DNA of 64,000 bases from an uncultured bacterium (GCA_963822585.1 CAWGIE010000026.1:1-64000), one strand, 5' to 3'; numbered from the stretch's first letter, positions 1 to 9,693 are shown. Notes: generated by a model not told the origin, from the letters alone. Translations and numbers: made by a program.

Positions 1-1
1 C

Positions 2-808
<807 letters not shown>

Positions 809-831
809 AATCAATAGTGACAGGATGTAAG

Positions 832-955
832 AATGGAGTGATGGAGTGGTGGGACTGTAAGCCGAGGAATAGGGGATAGCAATATCGAGGTAAAATCAGT
901 AGTGACGGGATATAAGAATGGAGTGATGGAGTATTGGAGTGGTGGAGTGTTGGAA
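832..955 (+). repeat. Family A left arm: tandem 8-mers (TGGAGTRN)n
   Basis: atggagtgatggagtggtgg ... atggagtgatggagtattggagtggtggagtgttgg. Confidence 0.9.
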
Positions 956-972
956 AAGGGGGAACTGGTTTG

Positions 973-1413
973 ATGGGGAAGAAGAATAAGAACAGGGGGT
1001 ATCAAAAACTCCGGGTCCGGGAGGATGCTATCGAGTATTATGTTTTGGTCTGCAAGATATACCGGAAGCTGCCATATGAACTCCGCCGTGTTATTTCCCA
1101 GGCAATCGCTTCCGCGGATTCAGTTCACCGGAATATCGCTGAAGGATACTGCCGTCGATCGATCAACGAATATCTGAATTTTCTGAATATTGGGTTATCT
1201 TCTTTAGGTGAATCGGTTTCAGGCAATATAGCCTGTATTAAGTCTCATCAGATAGCCAAAGACGATTTTGAGGCATTGGATTCTCTGTCCTTTAAGCTTG
1301 AAAACGGATTATTGCGATTGGTAGAAAGTCTGCAAAGAAAACGCCGGGATGGTACCTGGACGGAATCTCTGATTATCAAAGAAAGCAACGCGATATACAA
1401 TGATAAGGGGTAA
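973..1413 (+). CDS. Four helix bundle protein (23S rRNA IVS protein/Avd-like family)
   Basis: YQKLRV..DA, SQAIASADSVHRNIAEGYCRRSINEYLNFLNIGLSSLGE signature; ATG 973 preferred because the ORF-track extension is translated repeat; AT-richer than neighbours. Confidence 0.9.
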   Translation: MGKKNKNRGYQKLRVREDAIEYYVLVCKIYRKLPYELRRVISQAIASADSVHRNIAEGYCRRSINEYLNFLNIGLSSLGESVSGNIACIKSHQIAKDDFEALDSLSFKLENGLLRLVESLQRKRRDGTWTESLIIKESNAIYNDKG

Positions 1414-1428
1414 GGTTAAACCAGCTTG

Positions 1429-1477
1429 CATTACTTCATTCCATCACTCCATTACTCCACTACTCCACTACTCCATT
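1429..1477 (-). repeat. Family A right arm (reverse-complement 8-mers)
   Basis: cattacttcattccatcactccattactccactactccactactccatt. Confidence 0.9.
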
Positions 1478-1526
1478 TTTCGAATCATAACAACGTAACA
1501 ATCCCAGCATCTTAAGGAAATATCCC

Positions 1527-2750
1527 ATGGCAACGTTTAAGTACAAGGCTCGCAGTGAATCGGGGAAGTCGGTCTCGGGGTCGCTGGACGCGCCGTCCCG
1601 GGAGACCGTGGTCAATCATCTGGAAGAGATGGGATATACGCCGGTCTCCGTCAAAGAGGAGACGACCGGAGGCAAAGGCGGGGGGGATCTCTTTGCCCGC
1701 TTCGAGAAGGTCAAAGGCAAGGACCTGGTCATGATGACCCGGCAGCTCCATTCGCTGATCCGAAGCGGCATCCCCATCCTGACCTCCCTGAGTATCCTCG
1801 AGAAACAGTGCGAAAGCCTTCCTCTGAAAAAGGCCCTGACCGCCATCCAGGACAAGATCACCGGCGGAGCGAGTTTTTCCGACTCTTTGCGGGCCTTCCC
1901 TAAAATCTTCTCCGAGCTCTACGTCAATACGGTGCTGGCCGGGGAGACCGGGGGCGCTCTCCCGGAAGTGCTTGACCGTCTGGCGGGTCTCCTGGAAGCG
2001 GAACAGGAGACACGGAAAGCGGTCAAGTCCGCCGTCCGTTATCCGATCATCGCCCTGGTCGTGATGACCGCGGCCTTCTTTATTCTCAACATCGTGGTCA
2101 TCCCCAAGTTCGCCACCATTTACGGCCAGGTCGGGGTGAAGCTCCCCCTGCCCACCCAGATTATGATGGCGAGCAGCAAAGTTATCAATAATTACTGGTA
2201 TGTTCTTATCGGAGTGTTCATCGCCATTTTCATTGGTTTTATCCGTTTCAACAAGACCAAGTTCGGCCATTACCAGGTGGACAAGATCAAATTGAAACTC
2301 CCCATCTTCGGCCCCCTCTTCACCAAGCTGGCCATGTTCCGGTTCACCAAGATGCTGGCCACTCTGGAGCGGTCGGGTGTGCCGATATTGAAGATCATCG
2401 AGATCGTATCGCTTACGGTGGGGAACGATATCATCGGGGAGGAGCTGATGGGACTCCGGGACGAGGTGAAGGACGGGAAGGGGCTCTCTCACTCGATCTT
2501 GAAACGGCCGATCTTCCCGCCGATGGTGAGCAACATGCTCAGTGTGGGTGAGGAGACCGGGCGATTGGATGAGATGGCGGAATCAATCGCCTATTATTAC
2601 GACCAGGAGATAAAATACACGGTGGCCACGCTGACCGACCTGATCGAACCCCTGCTCACCGTCTTTATCGCCGGCGGTGTTCTTCTTTTCGCCCTGGCCA
2701 TCTTTCTCCCCATGTGGGACATGATCACGGTCGCCAGAGGGAAGAAGTGA
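1527..2750 (+). CDS. pilC: Type IV pilus/T2SS inner-membrane platform protein (PilC/GspF)
   Basis: MATFKYKA start, RQLHSLIRSGIPI, AGETGGALPEVLDRLA, YP, VGEETGRLDEM, LIEP..AIFLPMW. Confidence 0.95.
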   Translation: MATFKYKARSESGKSVSGSLDAPSRETVVNHLEEMGYTPVSVKEETTGGKGGGDLFARFEKVKGKDLVMMTRQLHSLIRSGIPILTSLSILEKQCESLPLKKALTAIQDKITGGASFSDSLRAFPKIFSELYVNTVLAGETGGALPEVLDRLAGLLEAEQETRKAVKSAVRYPIIALVVMTAAFFILNIVVIPKFATIYGQVGVKLPLPTQIMMASSKVINNYWYVLIGVFIAIFIGFIRFNKTKFGHYQVDKIKLKLPIFGPLFTKLAMFRFTKMLATLERSGVPILKIIEIVSLTVGNDIIGEELMGLRDEVKDGKGLSHSILKRPIFPPMVSNMLSVGEETGRLDEMAESIAYYYDQEIKYTVATLTDLIEPLLTVFIAGGVLLFALAIFLPMWDMITVARGKK

Positions 2751-2822
2751 CGGCAAAAGCCAATATCGGCAGTTTAAGAAGCGTGATAGATATGCCATAT
2801 TTGAAGCAAGGGTATAAAGGAA

Positions 2823-2916
2823 TGGTGGAGTGATGGAATGATGGAGTGATGCGGCAGTGCTCCTCACTACTCCAATATTCCATCACTCCATCACTCCATC
2901 ACTCCATTACTCCATT
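2823..2916. repeat. Family A hairpin without cargo gene
   Basis: tggagtgatggaatgatggagtgatg ... cactactccaatattccatcactccatcactccatcactccattactcca. Confidence 0.9.
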
Positions 2917-3054
2917 TTACTCAGAGATTTATCTGGTTCATTTTGCGGATCAACTTCAACAAGTCATTATTTAGGCATTCAACCTCTCCATCACTCCACT
3001 TCACTAATCCTTCAATTTAGTTAATTTGTACCTTCCAGTAGAAGCATCAGGCGG

Positions 3055-3112
3055 TGTTCAAAAACAATACACTCGATTAATTTATGTACAATCAGTGTTT
3101 ATAAAATAAACA
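3055..3112 (+). promoter_or_regulatory. Candidate enhancer (UAS) for a sigma54 activator: two TGT-N11-ACA boxes
   Basis: tgttcaaaaacaataca (3055-3071) and the perfect dyad tgtttat-aaa-ataaaca (3096-3112), 41 bp apart and about 100-150 bp upstream of the -24/-12 element. Confidence 0.6.
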
Positions 3113-3208
3113 AAATGCGGGGTATCCCTTTTCGGCCGCAAAAATACTAAAATACATAACCTGTTAACTGGCATAATGAAACAATAATTCTTTTCTATAT
3201 TTTATAGC

Positions 3209-3223
3209 TGGCATGATTATTGC
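3209..3223 (+). promoter_or_regulatory. Sigma54 (-24/-12) promoter of the pilin gene
   Basis: TGGCATGATTATTGC = TGGCA..N..TTGC with exact GG-N10-GC spacing. Confidence 0.85.
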
Positions 3224-3274
3224 GGGTTACATTAAGTGTCATTCCACTCGCAACCCGCAACGGGGAGGTAAGAA

Positions 3275-3580
3275 ATGAAAGGTTTTACGTTAATTGAGTT
3301 GATCATCGTCATCGTGATCATCGGTATTTTGGCGGCGATCGCTATCCCGAAGTATATCGATCTCGTCAATCAGGCGAACAGGGCGGCCAGAGATGGGATG
3401 GCTGGTGGTGCCATGTCCGCGGTCTCCATTTATTTTTCGGAGCAGGTAGCGGCCGGGACACCCGCGTGGCCTACCACCCTGACGTCCGCCAACTTCGAGG
3501 ACGGGACGACCTTCACCACCGACTTCGGCGGATACACTTGGACTTACAGTGGCGTGACCCATGCGATTATAACCAACTAG
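3275..3580 (+). CDS. pilA: Type IV major pilin (short, 98 aa mature)
   Basis: MKG/FTLIELIIVIVIIGILAAIAIPKY class III signal; GGAGG RBS; own sigma54 promoter and terminator. Confidence 0.9.
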   Translation: MKGFTLIELIIVIVIIGILAAIAIPKYIDLVNQANRAARDGMAGGAMSAVSIYFSEQVAAGTPAWPTTLTSANFEDGTTFTTDFGGYTWTYSGVTHAIITN

Positions 3581-3601
3581 AATCAGCGTCAGCAGGTCGC
3601 G

Positions 3602-3636
3602 AAAAAGGCCCTCCTTCTTGGAAGGAGGGCCTTTTT
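3602..3636 (+). terminator. Rho-independent terminator (potentially bidirectional)
   Basis: aaaaaggccctccttc-ttg-gaaggagggccttttt. Confidence 0.9.
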
Positions 3637-3872
3637 ACTGTATAAGGCCGATGATGAAAGGATCTGACGTTTGATTCAATCAAGGTGCGTGGCTGCCACA
3701 ATAAATTCAAAAAAACAGGTTTATCGGACAGCCTCTTAAGGGTGAGGCTGCCTGAAGGTAGCGCGCAACTTCGCGGTACTGAATGCCTCCCTTGCCAAGC
3801 AGGTGTTATTTGTTTAACATGTGTCTGACTCGGCATTTTAATAAAAGGGAATAAACAGGGAGTCATGAAATA

Positions 3873-5708
3873 ATGAGGCGTTCCGGTACCCCCGGGGTCA
3901 CCAGTTCCACCGCTCCACCGCGCCCGTGCTCCATTACTCCAATTCACCTCTTCTCGGTAGCCCTGATTATTGTAGTCGGTTTATTCACCTATGGTGCTAC
4001 CGTTCAGTTCCCCTTTCACTGGGACGATTATCGGACGATTGTCGATAATCCCTCCCTCGACAGTCCGTCTGATCTCGGCGCTGTCTTTTCATACTGGCCT
4101 ACCCGGGTTTTTCTTTTCTGGACCTTCTCGATCGATCGTCTGGCCGGTTCCCGGTATCTGGAGGCTTCTCACCTGACTAATATCGGTATTCATCTCCTGG
4201 CCGCGATTTTGTTGTACCTGGTGCTGTACAAAACCCTCGTTCTCATCACTCGCCATGCAGGGCTAAAGCCCGGCACTACGGGCAACGAAGGCAGTACAAA
4301 CAGAGACCTCGCCTGGAGCGCCCTTATCGCGGCCCTGCTCTTCACCGTTCATCCGGTGGCTACCGGTGCCGTCACCTACCTGGTCCAGCGCGGCGTCGTT
4401 CTCTCCACAGCCCTCGGCCTGCTCAGTCTGCTCTGTTATATCGGCGCCCGGAACGGGTTCTTCAGTTCCCGGCGGGGGTTCTTTGCCCCCGGGCACCTCT
4501 TCCTCTACGGTTTTTCGCTTCTCTCTCTCCTCCTGGCGCTGCTCACGAAAGAAGGCGCCCTGGTCTTTCCCGTCCTTATCGCCGGCTGGGAACTGATCTT
4601 CGGGGGGAAAGGAGGGAAAGTCCGCCACCGGCTCCTCTATCTGGTCCCGTTTCTGGCCGCGATTTTCATCATCCCTCTGATCTCTCTGGCGACGCTGCCG
4701 GCAAGCGGGGGCGGGGACGACTTCTTCTATACCGCGAACATCCCCTGGCGCATGGACACGGTGGTATTCTACGACGCGGGAGAGGAAACGTATCTCTTCA
4801 ACCGCTGGGAGTATTTCGTTACTCAGATCAAAAGTATCGCCATATATGTCAGGCTCACCTTTCTTCCCGTTAATCAGAACTTCTATTATCTCCTGGAGCC
4901 GAAGCACTCGCTGTTTTCTGGATCAGGGGTAGTCCTGCTGATGGGATATATTGGAGTGCTTCTGGTAGGATTAAGAGGAGTGATGGAGTACTGGAGTAAT
5001 GGAGTGATGGGGAGCCGGCCATCCACCACTCCATCACTCCAACACTCCAACACTCCAGCCTTAAAATTGATTGGATGTGGTATTTTCTGGTTCTTTATCT
5101 GTTTACTTCCAACATCGTCTTTTTTAATCCTCTGGCCGTTCCTCTCCGAGTACCATCTCTATCTCTCCCTGGCTGGTCTTTCCTTCCTTGCGGTCGGCCT
5201 GATGGTTTCTTTCCGGGGGAGGGAACGGAGACGACTCTGCCGTACTCTTCTTTTGACGGTCATCCTCGCCTTCTCTCTCCTGGCGGTGAAGAGGAACGCG
5301 GTTTACTCCTCGGCCGTCTCCCTCTGGGAGGATACGGTGAAAAAATCTCCCCGCCTGGCGGCGGCTCGTTCCAACCTGGCCGCGGCCTATATCGGAAAGG
5401 GGGAATACGAAAAGGCGATCGCGGAGTCACGGAAGGCCATGGAGCTGAACCCGCTCTTCAACGGCTACCGGAACCTCCGGACGGCATATCGCGCCCGGGG
5501 AAAATGGGACGAAGCGGAAAAGCTGATCAGGGAGGAGATCCAGCGCTTCCCGGAGAGCTACCGCGGACACTATGAACTGGGCCTGATCCTGAGAGAAAAA
5601 GAACCGGAGGAAGCCCGCCGGGCATTCCGGTCCGCTCTCGAAAAAAATCCCCCGCCGGCTATCCGCTCCCGGATCAAAGAGATACTGGAGCAGTTAGACA
5701 GTCATTAA
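3873..5708 (+). CDS. TMTC-like GT-C membrane glycosyltransferase with C-terminal TPRs
   Basis: FHWDD, LLFTVHP..T.AV.Y..QR, TKE, HLYL, LWEDTVKKSP then TPRs; about 10 TM segments; start uncertain because the N-terminus overlaps a degenerate family A repeat. Confidence 0.8.
   Translation: MRRSGTPGVTSSTAPPRPCSITPIHLFSVALIIVVGLFTYGATVQFPFHWDDYRTIVDNPSLDSPSDLGAVFSYWPTRVFLFWTFSIDRLAGSRYLEASHLTNIGIHLLAAILLYLVLYKTLVLITRHAGLKPGTTGNEGSTNRDLAWSALIAALLFTVHPVATGAVTYLVQRGVVLSTALGLLSLLCYIGARNGFFSSRRGFFAPGHLFLYGFSLLSLLLALLTKEGALVFPVLIAGWELIFGGKGGKVRHRLLYLVPFLAAIFIIPLISLATLPASGGGDDFFYTANIPWRMDTVVFYDAGEETYLFNRWEYFVTQIKSIAIYVRLTFLPVNQNFYYLLEPKHSLFSGSGVVLLMGYIGVLLVGLRGVMEYWSNGVMGSRPSTTPSLQHSNTPALKLIGCGIFWFFICLLPTSSFLILWPFLSEYHLYLSLAGLSFLAVGLMVSFRGRERRRLCRTLLLTVILAFSLLAVKRNAVYSSAVSLWEDTVKKSPRLAAARSNLAAAYIGKGEYEKAIAESRKAMELNPLFNGYRNLRTAYRARGKWDEAEKLIREEIQRFPESYRGHYELGLILREKEPEEARRAFRSALEKNPPPAIRSRIKEILEQLDSH
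4257..4279 (-). repeat. REP-like element inside CDS
   Basis: Minus strand GTAG-tgcc-gggct-tt-agccc-tgc. Confidence 0.55.
4977..5057. repeat. Family A hairpin in frame inside CDS 3873-5708
   Basis: ggagtgatggagtactggagtaatggagtgatgg ... ccaccactccatcactccaacactccaacactcca; translates as GVMEYWSNGVMG...TPSLQHSNTP. Confidence 0.9.
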
Positions 5709-5717
5709 AAGAAAATG

Positions 5718-5744
5718 TCCCCTGCCGCTTTACGCGGCAGGGGA
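5718..5744. repeat. GC-rich hairpin after the stop codon (terminator-like or IS-end-like)
   Basis: tcccctgccgc-tttac-gcggcagggga; no U tract. Confidence 0.5.
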
Positions 5745-5799
5745 GTAAAGTTCAAAAGCTACCACCAAACGCCCAAAATATACAAACCGACTCCGGCCG

Positions 5800-5851
5800 T
5801 ACAGACAAGAATGTCTGTGTCACCTTGGCCGTACAGCCAGGAATGTCTGTA
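5800..5851 (-). repeat. Two degenerate family E units (32-bp period)
   Basis: tacagacaagaatgtctgtgtcaccttggccgtacagccaggaatgtctgta; reverse complement of the 51115 array unit. Confidence 0.8.
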
Positions 5852-5901
5852 ATACTTGCTTGAGCAAGGATTATGAATATGTTATGTATGCAGCCAACAA
5901 C

Positions 5902-5930
5902 TTGACATCACCATAATAATATACTATTGT
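5902..5930 (+). promoter_or_regulatory. Sigma70-type promoter
   Basis: TTGACA-N17-TATTGT directly upstream of ATG 5936. Confidence 0.6.
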
Positions 5931-5935
5931 AAAGT

Positions 5936-8900
5936 ATGAGAATATCTCAACGATCCCTCCCATTCGTTGGTCTTTTCGTCTTGCTTCTACTTCCCCTTAT
6001 TTCCCGGGCCGAACCGGGCCTGGAAATAAAACTCGCCGGGTACCGTTTCGACCCCATCGTCTCGGTCCCCGCCTTCGCGACACCGCCCACTCGGGGCGCC
6101 GCCGCCGGTCCCGGCTACTACATCCTCCAATTTGACGGGCCGGTACGGGAGGAGTGGAAGGAAGCCTGCCGGAAGCTCGGCGTCGAGTTCCTTGATTACA
6201 TCCCCGACTTCGCCTTCATCGTTCGGATGACCGGAGACGTGAGGGAAAAAGTCGTGGCGGTTTCTTCCGTCCGCTGGGTGGGGGATTACCGGCCGGAATA
6301 CCGCCTCCCGGAAGGACTGAAGAATCGCCGGGGGGCAAAGCAGGGAGTGAAGCCGGAGTATAACGTGGTCGTCTTTCCCGGCGCGGATGTTGAGAGTGTG
6401 ATCGCCGGAATAGAAAAAGCGGGCGGAGAGGGGCTGAAGAGGACCGACTCCTCCTGGAAGACCAGGCTCAGGATGAGAATCCCCCCGGACCGGCTGGACG
6501 CCGTGGCCGCTCTCGCCGGTGTCCGGTGGATAGAAGAGGCGCCTGTCTACCGCTACCTGAACAATAAATCCCGGCTTATTATGGGCACGGAGGCCGCCTG
6601 GAATACGGGTAGCTTTTTTGGCGCCGGCCAGGTGGTCGGCGTCGCCGACTCGGGGCTTGATCAGGGCTCGACCTCGTCCATTCTCGATGACTTCAAGGAC
6701 GGTTCCGGTACGAGCCGGGTGCTGGCCATCTCCAACACATTTAATGACCTGACGACCGGGGCCGACCTTGAGGGGCACGGTACGCATGTTTCCGGCAGTA
6801 TTCTCGGCAACGGCGACCTATCCGGCGCTTCCCCGGCTGCTCATTCATACCCCTCAACCTGCTACGCCGGTCTTGCTCCGGAAGCTTCCCTGGTTTTTCA
6901 AGCCCTGGGAAACCTGACCTGGCTCAATTCCAATCCGGATTTGAACCAGCTTTTCGCCCAGGCATACGGCGGGGGCGCCCGCATCCACAACAACAGCTGG
7001 GGCGCCGCCGTGGCCGGGGAATACACCTCCGACAGTGAGGATGTTGATGAGTTCAGCTGGGACAACAAGGATTTCCTGATCGTTTTCGCGGCCGGAAACA
7101 GCGGCGTCGATTCCAACTTCGACGGCGTGATCGATCTTTACTCCATCGATTCTCCGGCTACCGCCAAAAACTGCCTCGCGGTGGGCGCGACCGAGAACGA
7201 GCGCCCGCCCGGCTCAACGCCGCAGCCCGCCTATCCGCTCACCTACGGATGGTATTGGCCCAATGACTATCCCGCCGCGCCGATCAGCAACAGCTACCTC
7301 TCCGACGACCCGGACGGGATGGCGGCCTTCAGCTCCCGGGGGTGCCAGCTCGCCGCCCGTTGGAAACCGGAAGTGGTTGCCCCCGGGACCAACGTTGTCT
7401 CCTGCCGGACGCAGGCAATCCCCTCCGGGACCAGCGTTCTCTGGGGCCCGGGAGGCCTATCCGGCAGTGGCGCCCAGAATTACGTCTTCTCCGGCGGGAC
7501 CAGCATGTCTTCCCCTCTGGTCTGTGGCGCGGCGGCACTGGTTCGAGAGTACTATACCGACGTTGCGGGCATCACACCCAGCTCGGCGCTGGTCAAGGCG
7601 ACGCTGATCAACGGAGCCGAGGATATATCTCCCGGCCAGTACGGGACCGGGCAATACCGGGAGATCCCGGCACCGCCCCGTCCTAATAATGTGGAAGGAT
7701 GGGGAAGGGTCGATCTCAGTTCGACCCTCTTCTCGGCGATTGCCCCTCTCGATTTTCACTACTATGACGTGACCCCCGGCCTTTACACCGGTCAGGTTCA
7801 ACAATACGGCATCAGCCTCTCCTCGTCCCTCAATCCTCTCAGCGTGACGCTCTGCTGGACCGACGCTCCCGGATCCACCCCGGCGGCGGGGGCACTGGTT
7901 AACGACCTTGACCTCTCCGTGACCGCCCCCAACGGGACGGTGTACTATCCGAACAACGCCGTCCTTGCCGGTCCCATCGAGTATGAAAACGGCTTGGCGT
8001 CGTCATCGCTGAAATCATTAACCGCATTCGAGAACATGATCGAGGCGGTCCGCTTCACCCCCACCTGCTACCCGGCCACGCTGGAGCGGGGGATGTTCTA
8101 TCTCTACTCGAAATCGGGGAGCTATTCCAAGACCTTCCAGTACCGGATCTACCGCGGCAGCGGGGGAAAACCCGGGAGCCTGATCGCCTCGGGCACCAGC
8201 AACCTGCGGGTGGCGGGATGGCACGTCATCGACTTCACCGCCCTCAATATCACCATCGGCAGCGGGGACCTCTACCTGGCCATCATCCTCCCCGACAAGG
8301 ACCTTGCCTGGTACGCGTCCGAAGATGAGCCGATTGCCGGGCGCAGCTGGGAGTACCTGTCGGGCTTTGGCTGGTACAAATGGATCACCTTCGATTACCT
8401 CTTCCGGGCGGTCTTCAGCTGTCCCACGCTTTACGACCGGACCAATAACACGGTGGGGATCGATATCGACTATCCGTCCCCCGGGAACTACACCGTCACC
8501 GTCAGCGGCTATAACGTGCCCTACGGACCGCAGCCCTACGCCCTGGTCGTCTCCCGGCCCGACAGGGGGGGCGATATCCCGGAGAACCCGGTCATCGAGT
8601 CAGGCGACTACAACGGCGACGGAACTTCCGATATCGCTCTTTACCGTTACACCGACGGCCTCTGGGCGGTCCGGGGGATAACCCGGGTGTACTTCGGCGG
8701 GCCGGGCGCCATCCCCGGTCCGGGCGATTACAATGGCGACGGAACCACCGAGCCGGCCATCTTTCGCCCCGGGAGCGCCCTCTGGGCGGTCCGGGGGGTG
8801 ACCCGGGCTTACTTCGGCGACGAGGACGACATCCCGGTCGCGGCCGATTACAACGGCGACGGCCGGGCGGATATCGCCGTCTTCCGGGAAGATTCCGGCC

Positions 8901-9334
8901 TCTGGGCGGTCCGCGGCCTCACCCGGTTCTACTTTGGCATGACCGGAGACATCCCGGTCCCCGGAGATTACAACAGTTTTCACCCGGAGGTGGCCGAAGC
9001 GGCCGTCTTCCGCCCCTCGACGGGGCTGTGGGCGGTCCAGGGGTTGGAACGGGTTTATTTTGGGGCGGAAGGGGACCGCCCGGCCGCTGCCAACTTCGAC
9101 CTCCTCCCCGGGGACGACTTCGCCGTCTTCCGGCCATCAACCGGCCTCTGGGCGGTCTATGATTTTGCTCGTTTGTATTACGGGAAGACCGGGGACATCC
9201 CGGTCCCGGCTGATTACGTCGGGCAGGACCGTGACAACACCGCCGTCTTCCGCCCCTCGACCGGCCTCTGGGCGATCAAGGGAGTAACCAGGACCTATTT
9301 CGGCCGCCAGTACGACATACCGGTCACCAGATAA
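5936..9334 (+). CDS. Secreted S8 subtilase (KP-43-like) with C-terminal GDYNGDG repeat domain
   Basis: Signal peptide; catalytic motifs VADSG, GHGTHVSG, FAAGNSG, GGTSMSSP; ALVKATLINGA, GWGRVDL; C-terminal repeats GDYNGDG..D.A.FRP..GLWAVRG.TR.YFG. Confidence 0.93.
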   Translation: MRISQRSLPFVGLFVLLLLPLISRAEPGLEIKLAGYRFDPIVSVPAFATPPTRGAAAGPGYYILQFDGPVREEWKEACRKLGVEFLDYIPDFAFIVRMTGDVREKVVAVSSVRWVGDYRPEYRLPEGLKNRRGAKQGVKPEYNVVVFPGADVESVIAGIEKAGGEGLKRTDSSWKTRLRMRIPPDRLDAVAALAGVRWIEEAPVYRYLNNKSRLIMGTEAAWNTGSFFGAGQVVGVADSGLDQGSTSSILDDFKDGSGTSRVLAISNTFNDLTTGADLEGHGTHVSGSILGNGDLSGASPAAHSYPSTCYAGLAPEASLVFQALGNLTWLNSNPDLNQLFAQAYGGGARIHNNSWGAAVAGEYTSDSEDVDEFSWDNKDFLIVFAAGNSGVDSNFDGVIDLYSIDSPATAKNCLAVGATENERPPGSTPQPAYPLTYGWYWPNDYPAAPISNSYLSDDPDGMAAFSSRGCQLAARWKPEVVAPGTNVVSCRTQAIPSGTSVLWGPGGLSGSGAQNYVFSGGTSMSSPLVCGAAALVREYYTDVAGITPSSALVKATLINGAEDISPGQYGTGQYREIPAPPRPNNVEGWGRVDLSSTLFSAIAPLDFHYYDVTPGLYTGQVQQYGISLSSSLNPLSVTLCWTDAPGSTPAAGALVNDLDLSVTAPNGTVYYPNNAVLAGPIEYENGLASSSLKSLTAFENMIEAVRFTPTCYPATLERGMFYLYSKSGSYSKTFQYRIYRGSGGKPGSLIASGTSNLRVAGWHVIDFTALNITIGSGDLYLAIILPDKDLAWYASEDEPIAGRSWEYLSGFGWYKWITFDYLFRAVFSCPTLYDRTNNTVGIDIDYPSPGNYTVTVSGYNVPYGPQPYALVVSRPDRGGDIPENPVIESGDYNGDGTSDIALYRYTDGLWAVRGITRVYFGGPGAIPGPGDYNGDGTTEPAIFRPGSALWAVRGVTRAYFGDEDDIPVAADYNGDGRADIAVFREDSGLWAVRGLTRFYFGMTGDIPVPGDYNSFHPEVAEAAVFRPSTGLWAVQGLERVYFGAEGDRPAAANFDLLPGDDFAVFRPSTGLWAVYDFARLYYGKTGDIPVPADYVGQDRDNTAVFRPSTGLWAIKGVTRTYFGRQYDIPVTR

Positions 9335-9385
9335 AAGTGCCTAAAGTTAAAAGTGCCTAAAGTTGAAAGGCCTGAAGTTGAAGTG
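9335..9385 (+). repeat. Family C left arm (AAAGTGCCT/AAAGTT units)
   Basis: aagtgcctaaagttaaaagtgcctaaagttgaaaggcctgaagttgaagtg. Confidence 0.8.
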
Positions 9386-9431
9386 ATTCGAGAGCATTAG
9401 AATTTATTCTTTATTCATAAATATTCTTTAA

Positions 9432-9538
9432 GTCATTGCGAGGAGCGTTTGCCCCGAATTTATTCGGGGCAATGAGCGACGAAGCAATCTCAACAATGCA
9501 GAGAGGCGATTGCCTTGGCCTTGCGGATTCGCAATGAC
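9432..9538. repeat. Palindromic element with GTCATTGCGA...TCGCAATGAC termini and a nested hairpin
   Basis: 10-bp terminal inverted repeat; internal gcaatc/gattgc pair; nested ttgccccgaat-tt-attcggggcaa (9449-9472). Confidence 0.75.
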
Positions 9539-9693
9539 AAGGAGAAGAAGCAGGGAATCACCCAAGACAATCGTGATGGCCTGAACTGTTGGACTTAAAC
9601 TGATTCTCTGATCGTTATCAATCTATCTTCATCTTAACAAAATGCACTTAACATAATTTTTACGAAGTAAAAATTATAAAAGGAGGGAAGGAG

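Noticed and set aside
934..972. N-terminal extension MEWWSVGKGGTGL of the four-helix-bundle ORF and similar small ORFs over family A arms
   Set aside because: Translated repeat sequence
973..1413. 23S rRNA intervening sequence or diversity-generating retroelement
   Set aside because: No rRNA flanks, no reverse transcriptase and no TR/VR pair with adenine-specific mismatches seen in the window
3275..3580. Electrically conductive (e-)pilin
   Set aside because: About 11% aromatic, but no aromatic at mature positions 27, 32 or 57 and a 25-residue aromatic-free gap (25-49)
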